DNA from: Paramecium tetraurelia
Lineage: Eukaryota
Assembly (NCBI GenBank): GCA_000165425.1
Contig: CT868274.1
Coordinates: 124,001 to 188,000 of the forward strand
Length of the DNA stretch: 64,000 nucleotides
Direction of reading: 5' to 3'
The notes under the pieces were generated by a model. That model made no database searches. It was not told the DNA's origin and saw only the letters and a program-made list of their open reading frames with translations. This document shows, piece after piece, positions 26,268 through 38,238 of this stretch. How positions within the stretch are numbered: position 1 is the first letter of the stretch; each line of letters opens with the position of its first letter. A program made the translations under genes and the position numbers.

Positions 26268-27270
26268 TTGATTAATTAATATTTAAATTGAAAATGAAAA
26301 TATTACTCTGATCCCCAATATCACTAATATTTTATTAATTATCTTAGGCATTATCTAAAATATAACAAAAATTATATGTAGTATGGACTGTGAGACCTTA
26401 AAGATTGAGTCATACAGGAAATCAAAAGCAGAAAGAGAGTATAATATGTAATAAAAGAATTTGTAATGCACAATATAGTTTAAAAATTATAAATAAAAAA
26501 TAATCAAAAGACTGAGATCTGAGATGGCTTAACTAAAGAAATAAATATAAAACATAAACTACTGAAAATATGTAAAACAAACATGCAAGACATTGCGTAA
26601 AGCAATTACAAAATCTTATTAACAAACATCATTAAATTTTATTAGTTTATTTTTCAACAATAATTGAAATATAAACTAATAATGTTATGTCAATTGATTT
26701 ATCAGTGTTTAATTAATAAAAAACTTTAAATTCTCCTCATTTTACCTAACCTTAGAGTTATATGAAAAAATAATCATATATTCTGTCCAAAGATTAAGGT
26801 CTATATATTTTTAGAAATGAATTAAGGTAAAAGATATGTAAAGAAATTGTCATTGAGAAGATTTTATAGTTACAAAGGAAACATCCAAATTGATTTGAAG
26901 GATATGAAACAAAAAAGAAATAGTAAATGTAGCATAAAATAACCCAATGAAAATTCCCTCAAAAGTAGTAAGTCAGAACTAATAAATTTGTCGACCACAA
27001 AAACGTAGATAACATATCTATATAATTTACAGGACTAAAAGTATGACTTAAAAATCTATTTACTTATGTATATTTAAATTTACACTTAAATACCAGTCTC
27101 CAAAAATAGTGAGACATAGTATAAAGATTATACATATGGAGAAGAAATTATTATAAAGATTAAAAAAGTGAAAAATAATTAATTAAATAATGGGAATATG
27201 ACTTAAGAGCATACTCAAAATTGAGATCTATGTGCTATCAATATTCCCTAAACAAAATTGTTTTTACATT

Positions 27271-28288
27271 TCATTATTTTTACATCTAATAATATAATTA
27301 ATAGGTATACTTAAATCATCTACTGTATACGTTATAGTTCGTTTTGAGGTACAATGACTGGCTTAAGTTTCTTGTCTTTTTGGTTCATAACACTTGAAAA
27401 TTGGAAATGTTGTAAGAGTGCTAATCGACCTTAGATTCTGGCATATCTCAACTAGCATATCTAGAAGGTATAGGGGAGAGAGTTACTTTTTCGCTGTTGA
27501 AATGAGGCCACTTTTACCCGTGAAACTCATTATGAAAAGAAGTAATCATTCGACTGTCAACAAAATTGATGAATGCATAGCCCATATTACATTTATTCTA
27601 AAAGGGTTGTGTACTATATGATACCTTGAAATCTATGGGGAGATAGAGGAAATCGTAGGAGGCTGAATGGTGATAATCAATTAATTCTTTGAGCATTTGA
27701 ATAGTGTATTTATTTGGGATATTTTTAACCATGACAGTCGTTCTTGTATCTCCTTCAATACCATCAATTCGTACTATAAAATTATGGGAATCCTCATCCG
27801 ATATAGTTTTACGCTTACGTCTATGGTTGTTCTCATAGAATTAGTCCTTTAAGGATTGATTATTTTCAAGAAATTCGGGTTCAAGTATTTCTGTCGAAAG
27901 GTTTGATTTATAAAGCGGATCTACAAAAACATGATTGATGTCTTTAATCATTTGATCTTGCACATCTCTGATGTCTGTTTATTGCTTAGGCAATATTACT
28001 TTTGTATCTGGAAAGGTTTACAATAGCAATACCTGAAAACAAGTCGATAGCTTGATCGATGAGACTATGTTCTTCTTCGCTTGTTGGGAGTGACTCTCCG
28101 CTCACATTCATGTTGCAAGATCTTTCAATGTCAGCAAATAATTCTTCATTAGAGCTATGCTGATTATGGCGATCGTTCTTGAAGCTTGATTACTTATTTC
28201 GAAACAGAGAAGTGTCACTTTAAGAGTTGAAACTACGAAGACCAGGAAGGTTGTAGCATCCTCTAAAATTATTGAAGCTATTATTCAT
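27271..28288 (-). CDS. Mei2-like RNA-binding protein (C-terminal RRM3)
   Basis: [20 protein letters not shown]...[23 protein letters not shown]...[19 protein letters not shown] is the diagnostic Mei2-type RRM. Four short introns. Confidence 0.92.
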
Positions 28289-28563
28289 TATTTAATTAAA
28301 TGATAATAGGAATAGTATTAACTATTAAGCATCTAAGTTAAATTTATACTAAAATACAAATAACTACATAGGCTAAGTCCAATGTACGAATAAGTAACCA
28401 TAATTGTTGCATTTACTGTGATACATAAGATTACATATCCCATAAAAATGCTTTTATTTTTTGGCATAATTCACTCTACAAAAGTATGACTAAATTCGAA
28501 GTGTGTAGATTGAGTAAATTAATGATAATATGATTAATTAATAGAATAACAACGTTAGCAATT

Positions 28564-29986
28564 TCATGATTTATTTTTTGAAAAGAAAATCTGAATTTTT
28601 CTCTTATTGTACTCATAATTATGCATTATAGCCATGGCTTGAATGGCTGATTCTAAGTCTTGATATTTGATTAGACATTTATTTTTGTTCTTCTCTTCAC
28701 AAAATATTCTATTTTAATCAAAATAACAAATACTTTATTTTTTCAATTGGGCCAAACTTAGAAAATGTATCATAAATTATGCCCTCCTCACAAAACTCCT
28801 TTTTCAAGTTTGTCAACATAATTTACTAAGAGGGAGCCACCAAATATTTAAAATTATTGTCTTTGTATCTAAATGAAGCCTCATTTCCCAGATAGAATTC
28901 CTCCTCTTCGGTGTTCTTTGGTAATTAACCCTCCTCACAGTTTCTGAAGAATATGAATTCATAATTGGATGGATAAACCTAGAGTTAAGAGGGGATGTTA
29001 CTTTTAATTTTTACCCAAACAAGGTTGGATTGCCTTCGTTGAAATTTGTTAACAGAAACTTCACGCTTACTTCTGTCGAGTATTCTATCAAGACGTTACA
29101 TTTGGTCTTAAAAAATATCATTTTCTGTATGTTCCCAAAAGTGCTGAATATGTTGTAGATCATGGGCATGGTTGTTTGCTTAGGGTCAAACCAATTTGCA
29201 TAAAGCACTTTGGTTATGAGTTTTTCTAAAGTTCATAATTGATTATACTTTGGGGAAGAATTTCTGATTAAAATATTTGCTTCTCCACTTGCATATTGCT
29301 TGGGAGTTACTAAGATGTGCATATGCGATGTCCTTCAGAGAATTTTAGAAGCTGTGTTAAATTATTGTCAATTGTATTTACAAATTGTTGGGAACTGCAG
29401 GGGGTTATTAATCATATAAATTTATTACAAATCCTCCTATTTATCATCTGTTGCTTCTTCCTCTGAATCATATTAGGAATTGCCATCCACCTTTTCAAAG
29501 TTCAAGGTGTCTGCCAACTAACTAGGCAGAGGAGGCATTCCAGTCAAAGATTGAGGTAATGCTTGGGAATGTGGCAACCATTTACTAAACTAATCATTTC
29601 GTGGGAGTTCTGTAGAATGCACTACGCCTTAGGTCTATTGGGCAATGTAATCTCTTATTAAATAAAAAGCAAGTACATCTAGCATATTAATTGCGAGCTT
29701 AAAAGTCAAGTCCTTTACGATTCGATTCATACACCAAAATTGACAGCCCATGCATTATAGTATTGTTAAGTTACAATGCATTTTCGGCTGACTTTTAGCT
29801 CTCGAACTAGACTAATGCCTTCCATATTGGCTTGTTTCGCTCGAAGATTAAAATCTAATTTATGAATGACTCATTTACTTTCTCAATTGTTCCAAATTGT
29901 ATAAAGTTTGAATAGACATGTGTCACAGTTATATTAATGAAGTCTGGATTTTATATACAAATCAACACCACTGGGGAATTAGACAT
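28564..29986 (-). CDS. PTB/hnRNP-L-like multi-RRM RNA-binding protein
   Basis: SPVVLICIQNPDFINITVTHVYSNFIQFGTIEKILIFERNKPIWKALVQFES, IYNIFSTFGNIQKMIFFK..VLIEY, and a final RRM ending RKIQIFFSKNKS*. Confidence 0.85.
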
Positions 29987-30394
29987 TTTCTAAAACTAAA
30001 AATATAATTTAATAAGTGAATTATTATTAATCGATGATAAAATTTTGCATTCATTCGTCTCCCCATTATTTTCAGGATTTCTATTTTATTTTGTCTTTTT
30101 TTTAAATTACGCATTCTAATTAATTTCTATCAATCTTTTTGAACTGGATAGCCCTTCATGTTGAAATCTGATGGATGCAGTTACAGTATTAGAATTAACT
30201 AGATTTATTTCATTTTAATGACAATATACATATCGCAATATAATAAAAAATCAGAATTATAATCAAATTAAATACTGTTTAAATTGGAGGATGAAAACTT
30301 ATATAATATTGTATCTAAATAAATAACTGACAATCACAAGATTATTATCTGCGATTCTTAGATATTTAATCAAAATTTAATGATATTATCAAAC

Positions 30395-30958
30395 TCATAA
30401 AATAGAAAAGAAATCGGAAGGAAAACCTTTTGCATTATTTATTCTTGGTTTTGCTCTTTGCGAGGGTTCTTTCTCTTTCTGGAAAAATCCCTTTAATTAT
30501 TACGTGTTCATTAAGAGCAAATCTAAGATCTTATCATTGCTAATGGACTCTCTTTTGAAATAGTTTTTGTTCCTCTATTCCGTTGGAATTTATTATATTG
30601 CCTGTGTTTTCATAGTATTATTTCGATCAATTTAACTAGAGCGCATAGTCCTTGCAGTTTAAATTTAAAGAAAGTTAGCCTTATCTATATCCGAAGCTCT
30701 CTTTCCCTGAAAATACTAGGGCTCTGTGTCAAGGGAGATTTATTTTGTTATCGGGGTCCTTAAATTTTTTAAATCTAAGAATTTTTCCTTATTATTTAAG
30801 TCGTCTAGAGTGTGGATTCGATTTGTTTTAGGATGCTTCGATAAGAGAGGTGTGTTTAGTATTGATCTTTTATTAGAATCTTTGGAGTTTTAATGTTGAG
30901 AATTTAAGGATTTTTGAGATTTGATTTATGCTGGGTATACCTATTAATTGAAGTTCAT
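30395..30958 (-). CDS. Hypothetical low-complexity protein (may extend further 5')
   Basis: TGA-free frame MNFNQQVYPA... ending KILDLLLMNT...GFPSDFFSIL*. Confidence 0.55.
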
Positions 30959-31192
30959 CTGTTAATAATATATTAAATAAATAATGATAAACAGCTGCGT
31001 ACATTTGGAATTATTAATCGAATATGTCATTCTCTCAAAAAATGGAGTCCTGAATTAACTGTACCTCCAACCTAAATGGAATCATGTGGATAAGATTGAC
31101 TCAAAATCCTATTTAATAGAATGTGAAGGTGATTAGATACAATTTAAAATATTATTAATTCATTTTCATAGAGTAATACTAATATAGATATG

Positions 31193-32224
31193 TCAATTGT
31201 TTTAAACAGTGGAGTTTCTTTAGCAAAACTTTTTTTTTGGAGACGAACAAGAAGTAGAAATTCTGGATCTAGTCGATATTCTGGATCGAGTGATATTTTA
31301 TCTAATATTCGAAGATTAAATGGTAGATAATTATGGTATGTTGGGCTCTTCGATATTTTGTTTGTTGGTATTGAAAGTAGTGCTAATCAATCTATGATTA
31401 TTAAAGAGTCTCCCATGTCCTTGTTGTTTTCCATTATGCCATTAACCCTTATAGAAGGATCCGTCTTGCCAAAACATCTATCCATAACCTTGTCTCACAT
31501 CATTAAGAAAATATCCTTTGAAATGACTGCCACTTGGCCATTTCATCTCTCCATATCCACTTTTCTAGTCGTTTAAAAATGAACCTTCGAATTCAACATT
31601 TTCAACTATCAATTTGCCATTACCGTGCTTAAGTCCATTTTTGAATTCTCCTTCATATTTAAAACCTTCTCCAATCAGTAGCCCTTATCCTTCAGCTTTT
31701 CCATTTACATATTATCCACGATAACAAACTCCGTCATTAAACGTTTCAATACCAAATCCATCCTTTTAACCATTCTTGAACTCTCCTTCATATTTAGATT
31801 TTTTGGTCTTCAAGTATCCTTTCCCGTCCACTTAACCAAACTTCCAATCCCCATAATACTCAATGTCATCTCCCTTCCTGTAGAGACCTTCCCCATGTTT
31901 TAATGAATTACACCAATTCCCTTCATAAAAGCTACCATCAGTATACCAGTAGGTTCCAAAGCCTTGGTGCTAATCATTTACGAATTCTCCATCGTAAGAT
32001 GTTCCATCCTAATTTCTTTCATAACCAATCCCATGTTTAGTATCATTTTGAAAGTCTCCAGCATAGAAGTAATTCCCACTTGCTATTATACCCTTTCCGT
32101 GTTTCCGTTAATTAAGTATTTCACCAAAATAGGTTTTATCATTCTTTCTTATAAAAACTGCCTTTTCCTTCAAGTCTTCGTAATTGACATATTTATTTTT
32201 GTATTTGTTAATAAACTCATACAT
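31193..32224 (-). CDS. MORN-repeat protein
   Basis: Repeated Y.G.(W/F)....hG.G units (YAGDFQNDTKHGIG, YDGEFVNDQHQGFG, YEGNW...HGEG, YEGEFKNG). Intronless. Confidence 0.92.
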
Positions 32225-32377
32225 TTATTATAATATTTTTTTGTTCAAAATTGCATATCAAATTCAAATGTGTGTAACTTAATTAATCCACAATTAGATT
32301 ATTTTGCTGTGAATATTATACTAAGAAAATTTGTGAAGAAATTAATAAAACTAATTTATATTTTATTAAGACCTTCC

Positions 32378-34177
32378 ATGTCCAAAACGCCAAATCGCCT
32401 TCTATTACCGGAGTTGGAAAATAAAAGCTTTAGAGATACCAAACAAATTTAGGATTTAAGGAGAAAACTGGAGAAATAGCAGGACACTATACAGGAACTA
32501 GTCAATTTAGTAAAAGAGTCTAAAACAGAATCTTATAAGCCCTCATTCAATCAAACCATCATACAGCCTAAACCTGAAAAGGATGAAGTTACATTATAGT
32601 TATTAGAAGAAGTTAAAACTTTGCGAAGACAAATAAACAACATCGAATAAGGACCTAAACAAACTGTTTAACATCCAATAATCATTCCGCAGTATTTACC
32701 AGGTCCTCCACAACAACAATAATAATAATAATAATAATAAGTTTAGCCTATGATGCCACCATATATGTATATGAATCCATACTTCCCTATGCCTCCTCAA
32801 TTTATGTATCCCTATCCGCAATCATCAAATAACGATGAACCCTATAAAAGAATAATTATGGAGTTGCTCTAAAAAAACAATAAAGGCAATAGAGATCTTA
32901 ATTATAAAAAAAGAGATTCATACTCCAGCGAATATACTGATGATCTATATAGTAGGAACAACAGCAGATAACATAGACATCATTCAAATGTGGATAGAAG
33001 AAGGCATCCAAACGATCGGTATAATCAGAGGAGGAATAGGGATAGAAAATATATTAAGGATAACAATCAAAGTAAGAGCAGGGATTACGATGGCTCAGAT
33101 CATCATAGAACAATTAGCAGAACCTCCATGAATGACAGCTAAATGAGTTATAATTCAAATTAGAATAGGAGGGATAAAAGAAGAAAAAATTAAAGGAATT
33201 TTACTGACGAATAGATACTCAAATTAAGGAGAAAGTTAATAGGATTGTTTTGGTATATTAGAATTGGTTTAGTGCTTAGAAAATATTTGAAAAGAGTTTG
33301 GTTACAACGAAGACAAGAGTATTACGAAACTGAAGCATAGTAATTAATTGATAAATTCGATAATGAATTTGTAATTGATTTATCAAATTAAATAGAACTA
33401 CAAAGAAGTTTTAATATTGTTTGTTGTTGAATGTAACAAAAACAAGTATTTTACTAAAAATTGGAGTTTCTTTGATAACAAAGAAGTCGAACTTAAATCT
33501 AAATTAATCTTTTCCATCACAACTGCCCTTTTTAAGAAAATACCATTTATGACCAAAAGTACTATGACAGATGAACACAAATAATTCATTAAAAAAATAT
33601 CATCTCCAGGAGGATATTTATTGCCAGGTCATCCTTAATTTGTAACTGACAGGGTCGAATTGAGACCTAATGTAACAATAGGGTAAAAACCATTATAGAT
33701 ATTTAGATAAATAAGTGCAGAGGTATCAAAGTTGATTCAAATGGATTATGTTTATATTCAAATTCTTGTTTAGAGAGTCCTTCTTATTTATGAATGGTAC
33801 TCTCAGTTTTATAAAATCCCCAGTTATAAAGAGGCTATGAAAATATTTGTTACTTTATTGCATTAATTGTTCATAGATCATTTTATAAATCTTCCAACTT
33901 ATGAAAATCCTGATTCAATCTTTAATGTAAATTCCAAATCATTATCATTTAGTAATAATAAATTGTGTATTGTGACTTTAATTAATAAAATTATATCAAT
34001 GTGGCCACAAGTATTGATAGTAAGCATGCAAAATATCAACCAACCAAAAATTGTTGTATTCTAGGTCTGGGAACCCAAGATGAAATGAGACCACTTTATG
34101 AATAGCCTGGTTATAAAGAAGTCTAACTCTAATTTAAAGAATATTGTGAATTTTTTTATTAATCCTTAAACTTTTGA
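32378..34177 (+). CDS. Hypothetical protein with coiled coil, polyQ/Pro-Met-Tyr-rich and R/D/S-rich low-complexity regions
   Basis: Long TGA-free frame from MSKTPNRLLLPELE, containing PPQ10VQPMMPPYMYMNPYFPMPP. Several short introns in the 3' half. Confidence 0.7.
32711..32740 (+). repeat. (CAA)3(TAA)7 microsatellite encoding poly-Gln
   Basis: In-frame run of CAA then TAA codons inside an open coding frame. Confidence 0.9.
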
Positions 34178-34860
34178 ATACTCTTTGTACTCTAAAGATA
34201 TAGAAAATAATATAATATTCTAAAATCTCTTATTTGTTTATTTTCAGTTGGCATTTTATTAAATTTAGAATTAGAATATCATATCTAAAAGACAATCTAG
34301 AATAATTATTAAAAATCAAACCAAGATACAGTTCTAGAATAATCAAATAAATTAGATTATAATCCCATCAAAAGAATACATTTAATAGGAAATAAGATAT
34401 TATATAATTTTATCCTAATCTTAATAGATCTAAGTGAAAGAATTCTATTAAAAAAAAAAAAATATTTTGATTTATGAACTGAACTCTTAAATGTAAAAAT
34501 ATTGTATAAGAATAGTTATTATATTATTTTTATTTCGGCTGGTTAAATTGAATAAGGATGTAAATTTGTTCTAAATCTAATAGTTATCGAAAATGATTTT
34601 ATTTATATTATTAATCCTATTTGCAAATAATTTGATCATATTTATTTATATAGTTGATTTTTTAATCTTAATAAATGTTTCAAATCCTTGTAAAATTTTG
34701 CCAAATATTGCATTGTGAATTTGCTTGATAAATATAAATGTTAAATTCCACAACTTAGCTTGCGAATCAATTGCCAGTTTTTAAAAGTCAAAACTACTCA
34801 GAATTGAAGGATTATTAGGATTTCTTAAAATTAATATAGAAGTTTCACATTTAAAAATTC

Positions 34861-36969
34861 ATGTTAAAAAGTAAAGAATAACTATATCACTATTTATCGA
34901 ATTAGTGTTAAATTTAAAACTACAATTCTCAATCAGATTCAGACTCAAGCAATGAAAATTAAGGATCAGGACAATAAACTGAAGATATGTCTAGAAATAA
35001 ATTAAAAAATAAATCTGACAAAATATAAGCCAAACAATAAGATATCCTTGAAAAATAGTATCCCTAAATCCAAATAGAGAATGAAGATATTAATTTAAAA
35101 AATCAATCTTTTGAGAATAAAAAAAATGATTAACAAAAAAAAGAGCATGGAGGAAAAAAGTCTAAGGAAAGTACAAAAAATAATGAAATTTTGGAGAAAC
35201 TTAAATCCATTCCTTTGATTTAAGACTTCGATGATGAAGATATTAGATAAATGGTCAATGATTTTTAATAGGAAGATAAGAAGTAATCAAAGTAAAACAA
35301 GAATTCATAAACATTTAAAGATACTAGTGTGAGGGATGATTACTAATACAAATGGCCATAATCCAGAATAAGGATATTGTAAGCTTTGACAATCCTTATT
35401 GAAAATAAAGTTGCAGTTCCCAAAATTCTACAAGATTTTAAAATCCTATAAAAAACTTACATCTACTCTTTGTATCTAAAAGACTGTGATGACTTGGCTA
35501 ATCAATTATGGCAAAAGGTGGGAGAGAATGTAAATGCAGATGATTAGATCAAATACTTTAGAACCAATTACAAAACAGACTAATTAGAATTAATTTTAGA
35601 AATGGTCAAACTTGTTTACGAGAAGAGAGAATAACATCGAGAACAAATAATATCAACATGTTCAGGAATCATATTTTAAAAGAAACTAAGATAATTAAAG
35701 GATAAGGTAACAGCTAAAGCAAAATGTGCAGATAAGAAATGTGAATTAACTATTGCCTACTTGGAAAGAATAAATAATTATGTATTGACTGGACCTATAA
35801 TTAATAAATATCAACACGGTGGTTGTAGTGAAGCTCAACTATTGCATCAGAAAATAATTAAGAAAGCAGCTAAGACTCTACTTTACTCTGCTGTTTAGCT
35901 TGATGTTCCAGTACCAGAGGTACTCTAATACCTATCTCTAAGAAAGAGCAGATATAATGTATAAGATAGGCCAGAAGAACAGGGAATATACATACTTCCA
36001 AGTGTGGAGTTGGTGAAGTTGATTGTAGACAAGTAAGGAATGGAAACTATTGCTTAATAGTTAAAGATGAATGATTTTGACTATTTAGATTTTAAAGGCC
36101 TTGACTAATTAAATTTTGAGCATTCAAATAAGAATATTGAGGAAAGGGATGAAACAGTCTTATATTCAGTACTTCAATTAGTATTAGACAGAATTGATGA
36201 GTTGGATCAATTAAGCTTTGTTATAAACGATAGAAAATTCAAGGCTTTACAATAGAAACTTAATGAATTGTATAAAGATGAGATCTTTGGAGAACCTAAC
36301 CAATAACAGGATATCCCTCAATTTGTAGGATGTGTTATGAATAAAGTAGAATCCTATATTAAATCGTCAAAGTCATAGGAAAGAGTTAAGACTAAATTAT
36401 GTTGCATTAAATCAAAATTTTTTGATTCGGAAATCATAGTAAAACAAAATTATGAAAATTTAACTGCAGAGTAAATAGAATTTTGTAAGCAATTATTCAT
36501 ATTGTTTTTATCAGATATATCCAGTAAAGATATAGCATTTCCTGAAATCTTAAGATATTTTAAATTCATTGATTGTAAATTATTCTTTGATTTTAATGAA
36601 AAATTGATAGGAATTATGTTGCTATCTAAAGCTATAAGGCAATATTTCATCTCTTGTATGGAAATGGATAATGAATTTGATAAACAAACCACTGAAGACA
36701 ATCAGATTATTATTAACTCAGTTCCACTATTAAAATTAACAATCAAGGAAGAGTTTCTGCCTGAAATATCTGAAATATTCAAAAAACAGATTTTAATTCT
36801 ATCCCGACATAAAGAAGATCTATATGTAGATATAAGAGAGCTGTTTAAATATTAACCTATTTGCGAGATGCTTAAACAACAAGACTTAGAGGATGAATAT
36901 GAGGATGCGATTTTAGATCTAAAATGCTTATATAAGTTTGTTAATGAATAAAATTCAGATTAAGATTGA
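34861..36969 (+). CDS. Intronless ~700-aa hypothetical protein with a C-x4-C-x24-H-x2-C motif
   Basis: Continuous TGA-free frame from ATG 34861 to TGA 36967-36969. Motif CADKKC...QHGGC at 35725-35826. Confidence 0.7.
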
Positions 36970-37508
36970 TTCTTGAAATTATACATAATATATATATTTG
37001 GAAATTTCTTTAAATATTTTATGTAAAATGAATAGGTTTGATATAATTTATGTTTATATCAATTAGGTATATCTAATATAGATCTTAATAATTAAGTAAT
37101 ATTAATCATAGCAAAGTATTAGATGCCTAATGATTAATACATATTAGATAAATTTAATTGCATTTAAAGTGATCTTTCTCATCAGTATAAATTAATATAA
37201 CTGCATTCCTTTAATTAAATCAACCTTTTGAAATTGGGCCTGTTTATACCAATAACTCTGATTATATTTCCTTCACTTTTAAAATCATTAAAATATGCAT
37301 TCATGATCATTTTCATAATATTTACTATTTTTCATTGTTTAAATAGCGCGAATCCTAATCGACCAGAGCCTTAAAACGCTACGTTAAGTTTGTTATGTCA
37401 AAGCATTTGTTAACTCCACTAACTATTGATGAGAATGATAAATTTTAGGTCTCATGTTAAATGAATGAATTCCCCATTTTTAATAAAAATTAAATCTAAT
37501 TTTAAAAT

Positions 37509-37933
37509 ATGTCACAAAAGTTCAAGGTTAGAAAGCTCAGAGATTAAAAGCCAGAAGATCTACTTAAGGATTTAGAGAAGCTTAAGTCAGAACTCATTCA
37601 ATTGAGAACAGTCAAAGTTTCAGCTGGTAATGCTTAAAAACTTGGCAGAATTGGTGTAATAGATTAGTGCTTATATTTCAGCTTGTGAGAAAGAGAATTG
37701 CAAAATACTTAACCGTCATTAATGAATAAAGAAGAAATTAAGTTAAATCAACCACTAAGTCAAGCGGAAAACTTCCAGTTGATCTAAGAGGTAAAAAAAC
37801 AAGAGCAATCAGATAAAGATTAACCAGAAGCGAAAGAGGTTCATCATTTCAATATAAATTAGCTTAAAAGACTGCCAGATAATGGAAAAAACTGAATAAT
37901 TTCCCTTTGAGAAAGTTTGCTTTGAAAGAATGA
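37509..37933 (+). CDS. RPL35: 60S ribosomal protein L35 (uL29)
   Basis: LLKDLEKLKSELIQLRTVKV...VRKRIAKYLTVINEQ...PVDLRGKKTRAIRQRLT...FPLRKFALKE*. Two introns. Confidence 0.96.
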
Positions 37934-38238
37934 TTCATTTATAATAATAATAGTACATTATTCTTAACTAGTATATTTATTAATATTGCTCTTTTCTATC
38001 ATATAATATAGTTAAATAATTATGATTCATAATATTTGATTGTTATCATCTTACACCATAATTTATTTATGCTTTCAAGATGATTAATTTAATGCATAAT
38101 ATTTAACTCATTTTTTCATTACTTAACTACAACCTTATTTTCTTTTGATTATAGAAAAATATTCAAAAAACTTAATAGTACTAATGATTGTATTATATAT
38201 TTAAGAATATTACTTTTAATTTAATAATAATGATATCA

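Noticed and set aside
27461..27624. Stopless 3n introns in the Mei2-like RRM as a regulatory switch
   Set aside because: Only one of the two introns (27 nt) is 3n, and stopless 3n introns also occur in RPS7 and RPL35, so there is no specific signal.
37200..37480. Slightly GC-richer stretch upstream of RPL35 as a possible snoRNA or tRNA
   Set aside because: No cloverleaf, no correctly spaced C/D boxes with a terminal stem, and no H/ACA structure that I could support.
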